In this document: positions 52,883-62,821 of the stretch, piece by piece
How the letters are laid out: each line of letters starts with the position of its first letter
Numbering within the stretch: the stretch's first letter is position 1
Assembly: GCA_964589365.1 (NCBI GenBank)
Contig: CAZPTQ010000002.1
Location: 4,746-68,745 of the forward strand
Reading direction: 5' to 3'
Origin: an uncultured Saprospiraceae bacterium
GTDB taxonomy: Bacteria; Bacteroidota; Bacteroidia; Chitinophagales; Saprospiraceae
DNA: 64,000 bases
Translations under genes and position numbers: made by a program
Notes under the pieces: model-generated
What the model saw: only the letters and a program-made list of their open reading frames with translations
Told to the model about the DNA's origin: nothing
Database searches by the model: none

Positions 52883-53605
52883 CTAAAGGATCTTTTTAGG
52901 CTTGGTCAAAATGTAAGAAAGGGTGGCTCCACCAAAATAATACCAGTCCTTTTTTTCGGGGTTTCCATTAAGGCGCACCCCATCCAAATAGTCAGAAAAC
53001 ACTGGTCGCAAGCCCAGTTCTGCGCCAATAACCAATGTTTCATTGATATCTGCCCTGAGTCCGATGCCCATTGGGGCGATGAGGAACGTTTGATGTGCCC
53101 CGTTCTCTGGCAGAGGTGCTATTAAAAATTTGCTTCGATCATCCGGTGTCCCGTAGTACTCGACCTTGATACCACTAAATGTGCCACCCACACCCAAATA
53201 AAGGTATGGTGAAAGGAAGTGTTTATGAATGCCAGTGTTCGAAAAACGATCTTTCCCCAAAATGTGCCATTCGCCGCAAACGCCAAACTCAAGTATGTCC
53301 GTGCCAAAACGGAGGCTTCGTCGCCGTAAAAGCGGGTCTTTAGCATTTGCGTCGTCGCCAGAAATTGAGCCAGCATAAAGATGTGCTCTAAGCGAAATTT
53401 TTTTGGAGAGAAAGTAGCGTAGGAAGGCACCATAACTCAAGCGTGTTTCTGATAGATGGAGGTGCTTTTCAGCAATATCGCCTGAATAATTGGCGGCCCC
53501 GAAAAGAAAGCCGGCTTCCCAATAGCGCTGGCTAGGCTTGTAGGTTGATTGGGCCGACAAACTCAATGCAAAACACAAGAATAAAGGTAAAAACAAATGT
53601 TTCAT
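52883..53605 (-). CDS. DUF6089 family outer-membrane beta-barrel protein
   Basis: 240 aa. Signal peptide, then YWEAGFLFGAANYSGDI...YGAFLRYFLSKKISLRAHLYAGSISGDD, the family-typical N-terminal pattern. Confidence 0.75.
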   Translation of the reverse strand: MKHLFLPLFLCFALSLSAQSTYKPSQRYWEAGFLFGAANYSGDIAEKHLHLSETRLSYGAFLRYFLSKKISLRAHLYAGSISGDDANAKDPLLRRRSLRFGTDILEFGVCGEWHILGKDRFSNTGIHKHFLSPYLYLGVGGTFSGIKVEYYGTPDDRSKFLIAPLPENGAHQTFLIAPMGIGLRADINETLVIGAELGLRPVFSDYLDGVRLNGNPEKKDWYYFGGATLSYILTKPKKIL

Positions 53606-53823
53606 AGATCAGTAGCCGGTTTAAGAAGCAGCATGACGCAAAGCTCTGCCACAAAGAACGGTGAAAATAGAGAAGAGCATCTTTTTAACAAGTCGAAGGG
53701 GATTAGTTTTGCCGTTTTCGGGTGCATCGGGGCTTAACTTTTTACATTTGCCGGGTCAAACAGGCTCTAAGAAAATCCCCAAGATGCTCTAACCCCAGCC
53801 CAAGGCTTTCAAATCCAACGACT

Positions 53824-54696
53824 ATGCCTCTCGATCAGCAACACGAACAAGAACGCAACGAAATGTCTTTTTTCGATCATATTACCGAATTGCGAAGGCA
53901 TCTCCTTCGATCTGCGTTGGCGATAGCGGTGGTAGGCATCGTGTGTTTTTTGAATAAGGACTTTGTTTTCAACACACTCATTTTTGGCCCGCGGAGTCCT
54001 GATTTTATCACTTATAGGGCGCTCTGCAGCTTCTCGCATTGGGCAAGAGCGGGCGAGGCGATGTGCTTTACACCGCCAGTGTTCAACCTCATCACACGAC
54101 AATTGGGCGAAGTGTTGATGCAGCATTTGTATGTGTCGTTTTGGCTGGGGGTCATCGGGGCTTTCCCGTTTATTTTTTGGGAATTCTGGAGGTTTGTCCG
54201 CCCCGGTCTACTGGACACCGAGCGAAAGGCAGTGCGTGGGGTGGTTGCCATTTGTACTTTTCTCTTTTTGCTGGGGGTATCGTTTGGCTATTTTATCATT
54301 GCTCCGTTTTCCATCAGTTTTTTAGCAGGCTATACCTTGGAAGGGCTTGAAGTGTCGCCTACCCTGGATTCGTATGTTACGTACATGACTATGTTTACTT
54401 TGCCAACGGGCTTGATTTTCGAGATGCCCATATTGGCTTATTTTTTGGCAAAAATCGGATTGATCGGACCCGCCTTTTTGCGCAACCAGCGTCGGCAAGC
54501 CTTTATAATCATACTCATCGTTGCGGCCATTATCACACCACCAGACGTAGTATCCCAAATGCTGGTAACCGTCCCATTATACGGTCTTTATGAGATAAGT
54601 ATCTTGGTGGTGGCCAGGGTACAGCGAAAGCGCGAAAAGGCCCTAAAAGCCTCTGAGGATAAAAGCCGCCAACTGACAGCATACGAGGAAGATTAA
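53824..54696 (+). CDS. tatC: twin-arginine translocase subunit TatC
   Basis: ORF 53722..54696 trimmed to the ATG at 53824. MSFFDHITELRRHLLRS, six TM helices, IITPPDVVSQ. Confidence 0.92.
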   Translation: MPLDQQHEQERNEMSFFDHITELRRHLLRSALAIAVVGIVCFLNKDFVFNTLIFGPRSPDFITYRALCSFSHWARAGEAMCFTPPVFNLITRQLGEVLMQHLYVSFWLGVIGAFPFIFWEFWRFVRPGLLDTERKAVRGVVAICTFLFLLGVSFGYFIIAPFSISFLAGYTLEGLEVSPTLDSYVTYMTMFTLPTGLIFEMPILAYFLAKIGLIGPAFLRNQRRQAFIIILIVAAIITPPDVVSQMLVTVPLYGLYEISILVVARVQRKREKALKASEDKSRQLTAYEED

Positions 54697-54755
54697 GAGG
54701 GCTTGGATATTTGCGCCATCATTGTCTTAAGCCCGATGTCTAACGCCCATTTCTT

Positions 54756-56240
54756 ATGCTCAAATATCTCTTTCGCCGAACAATCTTGGCCATACCCACG
54801 CTGCTGGTCATTTCCTTTTTGGCATTTGGGCTAGGCAAATGCGCACCGGGCGACCCGGTGGTGAACGTTTTTGGCGAGGAGGCTTACAACACACTGGACC
54901 CGGCTCAACAGGCCGAACAATATCGCTCAAATGCCGTTCGGCTTGGGCTTGATGGCCCCGCGTTTTACTTCTCCCTTACCACCGCCGCTTACCCTGACAC
55001 GCTGTGGCGTATTTTCCCGCTTGACCGACGTGCACGGTTGGAAAAACTGATCGGGCAAACAGGCAATTGGCCTGCTGTTAAAAAATACGATGCGGCCATT
55101 TCTGCAACCGTACGCGCAGTGGAATCTCTTCCGTCATCAGTTCCTCAAAGCAGCAGGTTGTTGCGTGAATTGACTTTTTTGGTACGCGCCGAAAACCTAA
55201 TTTTACTTGATTCTGCCGTGAAACGAGTAAACGCGCTGGCCGCCGAAATCCCGGAGGCTCCTTTTATGCCGCTAAAGCCGAACGAGATATTGTCTGAACG
55301 CCTCGAACCAGGGCCAGCTTATGCCCATCTGGCTACCGCGCTTTCACAATTGGATACAACGGTTTATGCGTTGCGCAGCCAAAGCCTCCCGGGCAATCTC
55401 CGCCGCCCAGCTGTTCACTGGCATGGGTTTGATAATCAATACCATCGGTGGTTCAAGGGGTTCCTGACGGGTGATTTAGGCCTTACGAGACGGCGGGTGG
55501 AGGTATGGTTGGATATACAGTCAAGCCTGATTTCAACCCTTACAATTAATTTTCTGGCTATAATATTGGCATACCTTATTGCCATTCCCTTTGGTGTAGA
55601 AATGGTTCGAAGAAAGGGCCGTTGGCTGGATGTCTGGGGCAAACGGACTTTGTTTTTCCTTTATTCAATACCTGTTTTTTGGCTAGGAGGCTTGCTAATA
55701 ATGGTATTTACGAACACTGCATGGGGACATGCTTTACTACCCAACATTTACTTTGACGTCCAAGATGCATGGCAGCCCGGCAAAACTTCTTTTACTGATT
55801 GGTGGAGCGCCAATGCTTCGAAATGCGTGCTACCTATAATCATTTTGACGATCCATGCAGTGGCGATTTTGGCCTTGCAAATGCGGAGCGGAGTACTCGG
55901 CGTCATAGGAGAAGACTATATCCGTACAGCACGGGCCAAGGGGGTGGGGGAGGAAGAGGTGTATTGGAGTCATGCTTTCCGTAATGCGCTTTTCCCGATC
56001 ATCACGGTGTTTGCGACGGTGCTGCCTGCGGTGTTTTCAGGCTCACTGGTCGTAGAGGCTCTGTTCGGTTTTCCGGGTATGGGCAATAAAACCTTTGAGG
56101 CCTACCTGGGAAAAGACCTCCCACTGCTTTCGGCTATTATGATGGTAGCGGCTACGCTCACCATTTTGAGCGGGTTGCTTGCAGATGTATTGTATGCGTG
56201 GGCTGACCCTCGTGTGCGATTTTCAAAAGAAAACGGCTAA
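54756..56240 (+). CDS. ABC transporter permease (DppB/OppB type) with a large extracytoplasmic insertion
   Basis: 494 aa. MLKYLFRRTILAIPTLLVISFLAF, LGLDGPAFYF, EAA-loop region EDYIRTARAKGVGEEEVYWSHAFRNALFPIITV. Confidence 0.85.
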   Translation: MLKYLFRRTILAIPTLLVISFLAFGLGKCAPGDPVVNVFGEEAYNTLDPAQQAEQYRSNAVRLGLDGPAFYFSLTTAAYPDTLWRIFPLDRRARLEKLIGQTGNWPAVKKYDAAISATVRAVESLPSSVPQSSRLLRELTFLVRAENLILLDSAVKRVNALAAEIPEAPFMPLKPNEILSERLEPGPAYAHLATALSQLDTTVYALRSQSLPGNLRRPAVHWHGFDNQYHRWFKGFLTGDLGLTRRRVEVWLDIQSSLISTLTINFLAIILAYLIAIPFGVEMVRRKGRWLDVWGKRTLFFLYSIPVFWLGGLLIMVFTNTAWGHALLPNIYFDVQDAWQPGKTSFTDWWSANASKCVLPIIILTIHAVAILALQMRSGVLGVIGEDYIRTARAKGVGEEEVYWSHAFRNALFPIITVFATVLPAVFSGSLVVEALFGFPGMGNKTFEAYLGKDLPLLSAIMMVAATLTILSGLLADVLYAWADPRVRFSKENG

Positions 56241-56275
56241 GATTCTGAATGTCAGAAAATTAGCCGTTGTATTTT
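56232..56275. terminator. hairpin shared by the permease gene and convergent tRNA-Cys
   Basis: aacggctaa (56232-56240, includes the stop codon) pairs with ttagccgtt (56260-56268). Inner pairs ttctga/tcagaa, then gtatttt. Confidence 0.6.
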
Positions 56276-56276
56276 G

Positions 56277-56347
56277 AGGTTTCCAGCGGATTCGAACCGC
56301 TGTAGCAGCTTTTGCAGAGCTGTGCCTAACCGCTCGGCCAGGAAACC
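56277..56347 (-). tRNA. tRNA-Cys (GCA)
   Basis: The reverse complement folds by hand. Acceptor GGTTTCC/GGAAACC, anticodon stem CAGCT/AGCTG with loop CTGCAAA, T arm AGCGG TTCGAAT CCGCT, discriminator U. 71 nt; CCA not encoded. Confidence 0.93.
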
Positions 56348-56510
56348 TTGTTGCTGAAAGCGGGTGCAAAGAAACGGGTTTTTTCGCGAAACTTACAAGC
56401 CCACTGGCCCAATGAATTTTATTTTTCTAGAAAAAGGTGCTCAATTCGTGGCAAAACTCATTTCAAATGATGAAATACTTTCCCAAACCTTTGATTCTCC
56501 CGACCCTTCC

Positions 56511-56518
56511 TACATTTG
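56511..56518 (+). promoter_or_regulatory. TAnnTTTG -7 box upstream of the symporter gene
   Basis: TACATTTG 69 nt upstream of the ATG at 56587. Motif match only. Confidence 0.35.
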
Positions 56519-56586
56519 GGCTGCCTTAACCAGACCCGGATTTTTGCCACACCATTTCTTAATTCACTTTTTTCAACTGGACACTT

Positions 56587-58197
56587 ATGGGTGCTGCTTT
56601 ACAATCTTTGGATTATGCCGTTTTCCTGCTGTACTTTTTCATCGTATCGGGTTACGGCTATTGGATTTATCTTAGAAAGAAATCGGGCGAAAATACTGCA
56701 AGCGGTTTTTTCCTCGCGGAAGGAGCGCTCACTTGGTGGGCCATAGGTGCATCGCTCATTGCATCCAACATCAGTGCCGAGCAATTTATCGGCATGAGCG
56801 GTTCGGGCTTCGCCATGGGCTTGGCCATTGCCTCGTACGAATGGATGGCTGCGGCCACGCTGATCGTGGTGGCCGTGTTTTTTATGCCGGGCTATATCAA
56901 AAACAGGATTTTCACGATGCCGCAATTTCTCGAAAAGCGGTATAGTCCTTTGGTGGCCACAATGATGGCGGTGTTTTGGCTATTGGTTTACGTTTTTGTG
57001 AACCTCACTGCTATCATTTATCTCGGCGCGATAGCGGTGAGCACCATCTCTGGCTTTAGTTTTACGACTTGCGCGATTTTTTTGGCTGCATTTGCAATTC
57101 TTATTACCCTTGGAGGAATGAAAGTGATTGGCTATACGGATGTCATTCAGGTAGCGATCTTGGTTTTGGGAGGCTTGTTCACGACCTATCTGGCGCTTGA
57201 TCTGGTAGCGCAACAATTTGGCACTCAAGGCGCAGTAGCCGGTCTTGGGCTTCTCAGAGAACAAGCTCCGGGACATTTTCACATGATTTTTGACGAATCG
57301 AACAAATACTATAAAGACCTGCCTGGGCTTACCGTGCTGTTCGGTGCAATGTGGATTGCCAACCTGAATTATTGGGGCTGCAATCAGTACATTACCCAAC
57401 GGGCATTGGGCGCGAAAATAGAAACGGCTCGCAGCGGGCTTCTTTTCGCGGCGTTTTTGAAGTTGTTGATGCCGATCATCGTTGTTCTGCCGGGCATTGC
57501 AGCGTATGTGCTGCACCAAAAAGGAATGTTCCAGCAAGAAATGATGAACGCGGCAGGCGAAGTGAAGCCCGACAAGGCGTACCCCGTGCTGCTCAATTTG
57601 CTCGGCCCTGGCTTGAAAGGACTGTCATTTGCGGCACTTACCGCAGCCATCGTGGCTTCTTTGGCAGGCAAGGCAAACTCAATTGCCACTATTTTCACCC
57701 TCGACCTGTACAATAAGTACATGGAAAAAGGAGCTTCTGAGGAAAAACAAGTGCGCGTTGGGCGTTGGACCATTCTTGTTTCGATGGCCATTGCCGTTTT
57801 GGTGGCACCTCAATTGCAAAAACTCGAACAGGGTTTTCAGTTCATCCAAGAGTTTACGGGGTTGATTTCGCCGGGGGTAGTGGCTATTTTCTTGCTGGGC
57901 TTTTTCTGGAAAAGGGCTACCGCAAACGCAGCGTTGGTAGCAGCGCTCGTTACAATTCCACTGGGCTTAACCTTCAAAAAGTGGATGCCAGAAGTGCCAT
58001 TCCTGGACCAAATGGGCTACGTTTTCTTGGTGCTTGTAGCACTTATGGTTGTCATCAGCCTAGTGGACCCGAAAAGCAAAAACAACCCGAAGGCAATGGA
58101 AGTAGACACTTCAATGTTTAAGACTTCACAGTCATTTGCCATTGGCGCCTTGTTGGTTGTTGGTATTTTAGCTGCATTGTATATTGTGTTTTGGTAA
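56587..58197 (+). CDS. sodium/sugar (SGLT-like) solute symporter, SSS family
   Basis: 536 aa. FFLAEGALTWWAIGASLIASNISAEQFIGMSGSGF, TMPQFLEKRY, GCNQYITQRALGAK. Confidence 0.9.
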   Translation: MGAALQSLDYAVFLLYFFIVSGYGYWIYLRKKSGENTASGFFLAEGALTWWAIGASLIASNISAEQFIGMSGSGFAMGLAIASYEWMAAATLIVVAVFFMPGYIKNRIFTMPQFLEKRYSPLVATMMAVFWLLVYVFVNLTAIIYLGAIAVSTISGFSFTTCAIFLAAFAILITLGGMKVIGYTDVIQVAILVLGGLFTTYLALDLVAQQFGTQGAVAGLGLLREQAPGHFHMIFDESNKYYKDLPGLTVLFGAMWIANLNYWGCNQYITQRALGAKIETARSGLLFAAFLKLLMPIIVVLPGIAAYVLHQKGMFQQEMMNAAGEVKPDKAYPVLLNLLGPGLKGLSFAALTAAIVASLAGKANSIATIFTLDLYNKYMEKGASEEKQVRVGRWTILVSMAIAVLVAPQLQKLEQGFQFIQEFTGLISPGVVAIFLLGFFWKRATANAALVAALVTIPLGLTFKKWMPEVPFLDQMGYVFLVLVALMVVISLVDPKSKNNPKAMEVDTSMFKTSQSFAIGALLVVGILAALYIVFW

Positions 58198-58284
58198 CAG
58201 CTTCGTTTGTTGTGATAAGCACCTGTTGGAGCATTATTTATTGGCAATAAGTCTTCAACAGGCGCTAAGTCTAAATTGATTTTG

Positions 58285-58866
58285 ATGCAAAATCTAGTAT
58301 TCCTTTTCCTCTCGCTTGCCACATTTTCGGCACAACCTTCGGGGAAAATCTACTTTCGCAACCCTTCTTTTGAAGGTGCTCCAGGTGCTGGCAAATGCCC
58401 GAAAGGTTGGTATTCTGGCTATCAAGGCAGCACACCAGATATGCTACCTGGAGCTTGGGAAGTAATGTTCCCTGCCCAAGACGGCAAAACCTGTGTGGGC
58501 CTTATCGTGCGTGAAGACGGTACCCGCGAGGATATCAGCCAAGCATTGGCCGAGCCGCTCGTAGGCGGAAAGTGCTACGCATTCGCACTCTACCTTGCCC
58601 ATGCGCCCAGGTATGTGGGCTACAACAAACCTACCAGATTACGCATTTTTGGCTATTCGGATAAAGGAGGAAAGCCTGAACTTTTGGCCAGTTCAGTTTT
58701 GATTGACCATGCTGATTGGCGGCAATACAAGTTCGAACTTAGCCCTTCAAGCAACGTGACTCAGTTGGTTTTTGAAGCGGATTACGCACCCGGGATTGTT
58801 TTCAAATACAAGGGGAATCTTTTGATTGACAATTGTTCGCCCTTGGAAAAATGTGTGCGGGCGTGA
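58285..58866 (+). CDS. secreted hypothetical protein (jelly-roll/CBM-like by pattern)
   Basis: ORF 58276..58866 has a TTG start; the ATG is at 58285 (MQNLVFLFLSLATFSAQ). YFRNPSFEGAPG N-terminal motif as in 5001..5297. Confidence 0.6.
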   Translation: MQNLVFLFLSLATFSAQPSGKIYFRNPSFEGAPGAGKCPKGWYSGYQGSTPDMLPGAWEVMFPAQDGKTCVGLIVREDGTREDISQALAEPLVGGKCYAFALYLAHAPRYVGYNKPTRLRIFGYSDKGGKPELLASSVLIDHADWRQYKFELSPSSNVTQLVFEADYAPGIVFKYKGNLLIDNCSPLEKCVRA

Positions 58867-58920
58867 CAAGTCTGTCAGTAATATATTCCCCTTGTCAAAA
58901 AAATTGAACACAAAAACACG

Positions 58921-60360
58921 ATGCGCCTCAACCGAGCCAATCCTATTCTTTTGAATTTTAAGATTTTAATCCTGTCTTTCCTAATCCCCCAAGTGCTTGC
59001 GGCACAAGCTGATTCGCTTTTCAGGCAGATTGTTTTCATTGAAAAAATTACGATTGAGGGGAATAAAAAAACGAAAGCGGGCACGATCTTAAGAGAATTG
59101 GAATTTGCCCCAGGCGATTCTCTTCAAACTGCCGGGCTTCCAGCTACTTTGGAGCGCAACCGACTCCGCCTTATGAACCTTGGCATTTTTACGGAAGCGA
59201 GCATCAGTGTAGCCAATTGGAGCAGCGATGGGAAAGTCGGCCTGTTGGTTCATGTCACAGAAGGATGGTATATATTTCCCGTACCAATCCTTTCGCTCTC
59301 CGACCGGAACTTCAACGTGTGGTGGAATGAATTCAACCGCTCCTTCAAAAGAGTAAACTACGGCCTCGATTGGAGCCAACTCAACCTTACTGGCCGCGCT
59401 GATGCGCTGAAAGCCAAAGTCCAATTTGGTTATACCAACCAATATGAACTTGCTTACCGAAGCCCCGGACTTAATCGCAGCCGCACACTGGGCCTGGAAG
59501 CCAGGCTTTCGTACAGCCGCGCCCATGAGCTCTCATACAAGACCACTGCCAACAAACTTGAATTCCTGAAAATACGGGAGACCTGGCAGCTGGAACAGAT
59601 TGTAGCCTCCATGACCCTGATTTCGCGTCCTAAACTATTTAAAAGTCAATCATTTACGCTTGAGTATCGCGACAACTTCGTGGCCGATACCATTGCTCAA
59701 GTGCTCAACCCGGACTATTTTTTGAACGCTAATACCCGGCAGCAACATTTCAGTGCGGTATATTCACTCTCGTTTGACTATCGCGACATCCGGCCTTACC
59801 CGCTGAAAGGATGGCGTGCGATAATTGAAATACGAAAAAACGGGTTGCTGCCTACTGACCATCTCCAGATTTTCCGCGCCTTTGCCGAGTGGGATCAATA
59901 TATTTCGTTCAACAAATGGCTGAGCCTCGAACTTGTAGGTAAGGTGCGCACTTCCCTTCCCCGCCGCAAACCCCCTCAGAGTAACAACCAAGCGCTCGGA
60001 TATGGAGGAAATCTGGTGCGCGGTTACGATTATTATGTCGTTGATGGACTTGATTTTGGCCTGTTGCGTACGTCATGGCACTTGCGTGTGTTCGAGGGGC
60101 TATTCAATCTTGGAAAAATTGTGCCGATAAAAGCCTACCGAAAGATGCCGATAAAAGTCTATCTCGCATTCAACAACGATCTCGGTTGGGCCAATGACCC
60201 ACATTACATCGCAACCAACCCCTTGTCCAATCGCTTGCTCTATGGCTATGGGCCGGGACTTGATTTTGTGCTTTACTATGACAAATCTATCCGCTGTGAA
60301 TGGACATGGAACGATCTTGGCGAAGGCGGTTTTTTTCTCCGGGTGAATACGGGACTTTGA
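58921..60360 (+). CDS. BamA/TamA-family outer-membrane protein (POTRA plus surface-antigen barrel)
   Basis: 479 aa. The POTRA motif is IEKITIEGNKKTKAGTILRELEFAPGDSL. The C-terminal part is a beta-barrel. Confidence 0.85.
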   Translation: MRLNRANPILLNFKILILSFLIPQVLAAQADSLFRQIVFIEKITIEGNKKTKAGTILRELEFAPGDSLQTAGLPATLERNRLRLMNLGIFTEASISVANWSSDGKVGLLVHVTEGWYIFPVPILSLSDRNFNVWWNEFNRSFKRVNYGLDWSQLNLTGRADALKAKVQFGYTNQYELAYRSPGLNRSRTLGLEARLSYSRAHELSYKTTANKLEFLKIRETWQLEQIVASMTLISRPKLFKSQSFTLEYRDNFVADTIAQVLNPDYFLNANTRQQHFSAVYSLSFDYRDIRPYPLKGWRAIIEIRKNGLLPTDHLQIFRAFAEWDQYISFNKWLSLELVGKVRTSLPRRKPPQSNNQALGYGGNLVRGYDYYVVDGLDFGLLRTSWHLRVFEGLFNLGKIVPIKAYRKMPIKVYLAFNNDLGWANDPHYIATNPLSNRLLYGYGPGLDFVLYYDKSIRCEWTWNDLGEGGFFLRVNTGL

Positions 60361-60522
60361 TACGTGCGTTTATCCTCATAAATCCGCCCTGTTACCCACA
60401 TCTTCCCCAGAACATCGCCGAACACGCTTTCTTTGCACTTGATTCACAAGATTTTTGAAAAGAAAAAGTGGGGAGAACGTTTTTTTGTTGTCCAAACAGA
60501 TCAAGTTTGAACCGTTAAATAT

Positions 60523-61473
60523 ATGCACACAGATCACCGCGATGCCTACCGCTCATTTGCCGCCGCGCTGCCCGATCTGCCGCTGTTCATGCAGCCGTGG
60601 TATCTTGATGCTGTGTGTCAGGGAGGTGAATGGGATGCGGTGATGGTGCAAAACGCGGGACAAACGGTGGCTGTACTGCCCTATTTTTTGAAGCAAAAAC
60701 TTGGCTGGTGCTATGTAACGATGCCCCAAGTCTGCAAACAAATGGGGCCTTACCTGCATCCGGAATACCGCAGTTTGAAATGGGAAATGCGCCTTTACAA
60801 GGAATTGATAGCGCAGCTGCCGAAGGGGCTTGCAGCCTTTCAACAAAATTTCAATTACTCGGTCACGAATTGGCTTCCATTCTATTGGCAGGGTTTCCAA
60901 CAGAGGACTTTATATTCTTATATGCTTTCCCTAAACGATTCGGAGGAATTGATTTTCAAGAATATAGAAAAAAATTACCGCAATAAAATCCGTTCCGCAG
61001 CATCCAGAGTAGTCGTCAGTCACGATTTGCCTTTGGCTGAATTGCACCGACTGATAGGCTCAAGTTTTGAACGGCAGGGCTTGGATCAGCCCCTTGAATT
61101 TTCTTTCTTGCAACGCATTTTTACTGCATTGATAGAACATAATTGCGGCAAACTCTTTTTTGCCAGCGACCCAAATTCAGGACAGCTGCACTCCGCAGCG
61201 CTGCTTGTTTGGGATAGTGACTCGGCCTATTATTTGATGAGTGGAGACGACCCTGCCTTGCGTTCCTCTGGCTCATCCATCTTGCTCAATTGGGCGGCCA
61301 TACAGTATGCTAAAAATGTAGTGGGAGTCCCAGTGTTCGACTTTGAGGGAAGCATGATGCAGGGGATAGAGCAAGGTCGCCGTGATTTTGGCGCAGCACA
61401 ACGACCCTATTTTCAGCTTCGGCGCGAGTGGTCAGTATGGTGGAAGTGGGGGAAGTTTTTGAGCGGGCAGTAG
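60523..61473 (+). CDS. FemAB-like / GNAT-fold acyltransferase family protein
   Basis: 316 aa. PLFMQPWYLDAV N-terminus and the overall pattern resemble Bacteroidota 'GNAT family N-acetyltransferase' FemX-like proteins. The assignment is tentative. Confidence 0.6.
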   Translation: MHTDHRDAYRSFAAALPDLPLFMQPWYLDAVCQGGEWDAVMVQNAGQTVAVLPYFLKQKLGWCYVTMPQVCKQMGPYLHPEYRSLKWEMRLYKELIAQLPKGLAAFQQNFNYSVTNWLPFYWQGFQQRTLYSYMLSLNDSEELIFKNIEKNYRNKIRSAASRVVVSHDLPLAELHRLIGSSFERQGLDQPLEFSFLQRIFTALIEHNCGKLFFASDPNSGQLHSAALLVWDSDSAYYLMSGDDPALRSSGSSILLNWAAIQYAKNVVGVPVFDFEGSMMQGIEQGRRDFGAAQRPYFQLRREWSVWWKWGKFLSGQ

Positions 61474-61491
61474 CAATGCCAACTGCTCCTG

Positions 61492-62361
61492 TTACCTCCG
61501 CTCGCCCGCCAAGCGCTGTGCCTGGCCAACCCAGTCGTCGCGATAGATTTTGCCAGGACTGATGTCCAGCGTTTTGGCCACAGAGATTACCGTATCATCG
61601 TCCCAATGGCTTATCTGGGCGAAGCTCGAAATGCCCATCCCCCCCAAGCGTTCCACAAAAGTGGCCATCCCCTTGATGCTTTTCAAATCATCTACTTGGG
61701 GCGCCGCGACACTTCCTTTTCGAGTGGTTTTGAGTTTTTGTGGCTGCGTTTCTGCTTTTTGTTGGATTTCGAGTTGAAGTATTTCTATCTCTGTTCGGGT
61801 TTGCGCAAGTTGTTGGCGAAGCGTCTCGCGCTCGGTTTCAAGCGCAATGGATTTTTGCTCGAAAGCAGCCAAGCGCTCTTGAGTGGCTTTGAAACCTCGG
61901 TAAAGCGTATCCCAATCTCCAATTTCTTTTTGGGTGCTGGCAAGCTGTTCGGTGAGTTCAGTATTCCGCGCCCGGAGGCTGTTGGCCAGCACTTCGAGCG
62001 CAGCTACTTTTTGAGCGTACTGGGCAGCGGCGGCTTCTGCGTTGGCGATGCGGGCTGCATTGAAAGGTGCGTCGGGTAAAAGCGTTGCACGTTCATCCTC
62101 AAGAAGTTGTACAATAGCGCGAAGTTTTTCAACATCCAAAGAAGCTCGACGAAAATCGGCCTCACGCAAATCGTGCTGGTGTTTTATTTGGGTGTAAAGC
62201 CTGGCCAGCGTGTTTTTTTCCTGCTCGATTCGACCCAGCACCCCACGCACCTCTTTTTCGGAGGTGTTGGCGCGCAACGACCAGCCGATAATGGTGCCGG
62301 CCAGTGTGAAGATGCCCCACACGAGCCAAAAAAGAACCGGATCTTCCAGAAAAAAACTCAT
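61492..62361 (-). CDS. membrane-anchored coiled-coil protein with C-terminal helix-hairpin-helix-like domain
   Basis: 289 aa. N-terminal TM (VLFWLVWGIFTLAGTIIGW), long heptad-rich Ala/Glu/Gln region, and C-terminal DDLKSIKGMATFVERLGGMGISSFAQI. Confidence 0.7.
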   Translation of the reverse strand: MSFFLEDPVLFWLVWGIFTLAGTIIGWSLRANTSEKEVRGVLGRIEQEKNTLARLYTQIKHQHDLREADFRRASLDVEKLRAIVQLLEDERATLLPDAPFNAARIANAEAAAAQYAQKVAALEVLANSLRARNTELTEQLASTQKEIGDWDTLYRGFKATQERLAAFEQKSIALETERETLRQQLAQTRTEIEILQLEIQQKAETQPQKLKTTRKGSVAAPQVDDLKSIKGMATFVERLGGMGISSFAQISHWDDDTVISVAKTLDISPGKIYRDDWVGQAQRLAGERR

Positions 62362-62571
62362 GACAAATGACTTGCTTTGGCGACATATTAGCAGAAAACG
62401 TGCCGCTTTTAGTCAGACAAATTTCTAAACTTTTTGGAAATCAAGGGTTTAGAGTTTCAAAGAAAGCACTTTTTGACCAAAAAAATTTTTTTAGGGTAAA
62501 ACCCTTTTTTAAAACCGTTCTGAAATTGCGAAAAAAAACGTCGTTCAATCAGAATCTGATTGGGGCTTTCC

Positions 62572-62579
62572 TACTTTTG
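62572..62579 (+). promoter_or_regulatory. TAnnTTTG -7 box upstream of a small ORF
   Basis: TACTTTTG 39 nt upstream of the ATG at 62618. Confidence 0.4.
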
Positions 62580-62617
62580 TGCCACATTTTTCGCACCACA
62601 AAATTTTGCAGGACAAC

Positions 62618-62746
62618 ATGGAAGACATCAAAAACTCGCGTGGCAAGGGATACTGCATTCTCTACATCCTTATGGGTCTGTTTTTCCTCACGGCAGTGCT
62701 ACTTATGCTATACAACCGCAGCGCTGTGTTGGATTTCGGGCAGTAA
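62618..62746 (+). CDS. possible 42-aa single-TM small protein
   Basis: MEDIKNSRGKGYCILYILMGLFFLTAVLLMLYNRSAVLDFGQ. It is too short for the ORF track, but is flanked by a promoter box and a terminator. Confidence 0.4.
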   Translation: MEDIKNSRGKGYCILYILMGLFFLTAVLLMLYNRSAVLDFGQ

Positions 62747-62773
62747 TTCGCCACAAGAATATGATTTTCAATA

Positions 62774-62816
62774 AAAACCGCAAAGGGCGTAGGCACTGTT
62801 GCGGTTTTTTGTTTTT
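62774..62816 (+). terminator. rho-independent terminator
   Basis: aaaaccgcaa (62774-62783) pairs with ttgcggtttt (62799-62808), followed by ttgttttt. Confidence 0.65.
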
Positions 62817-62821
62817 CACCC

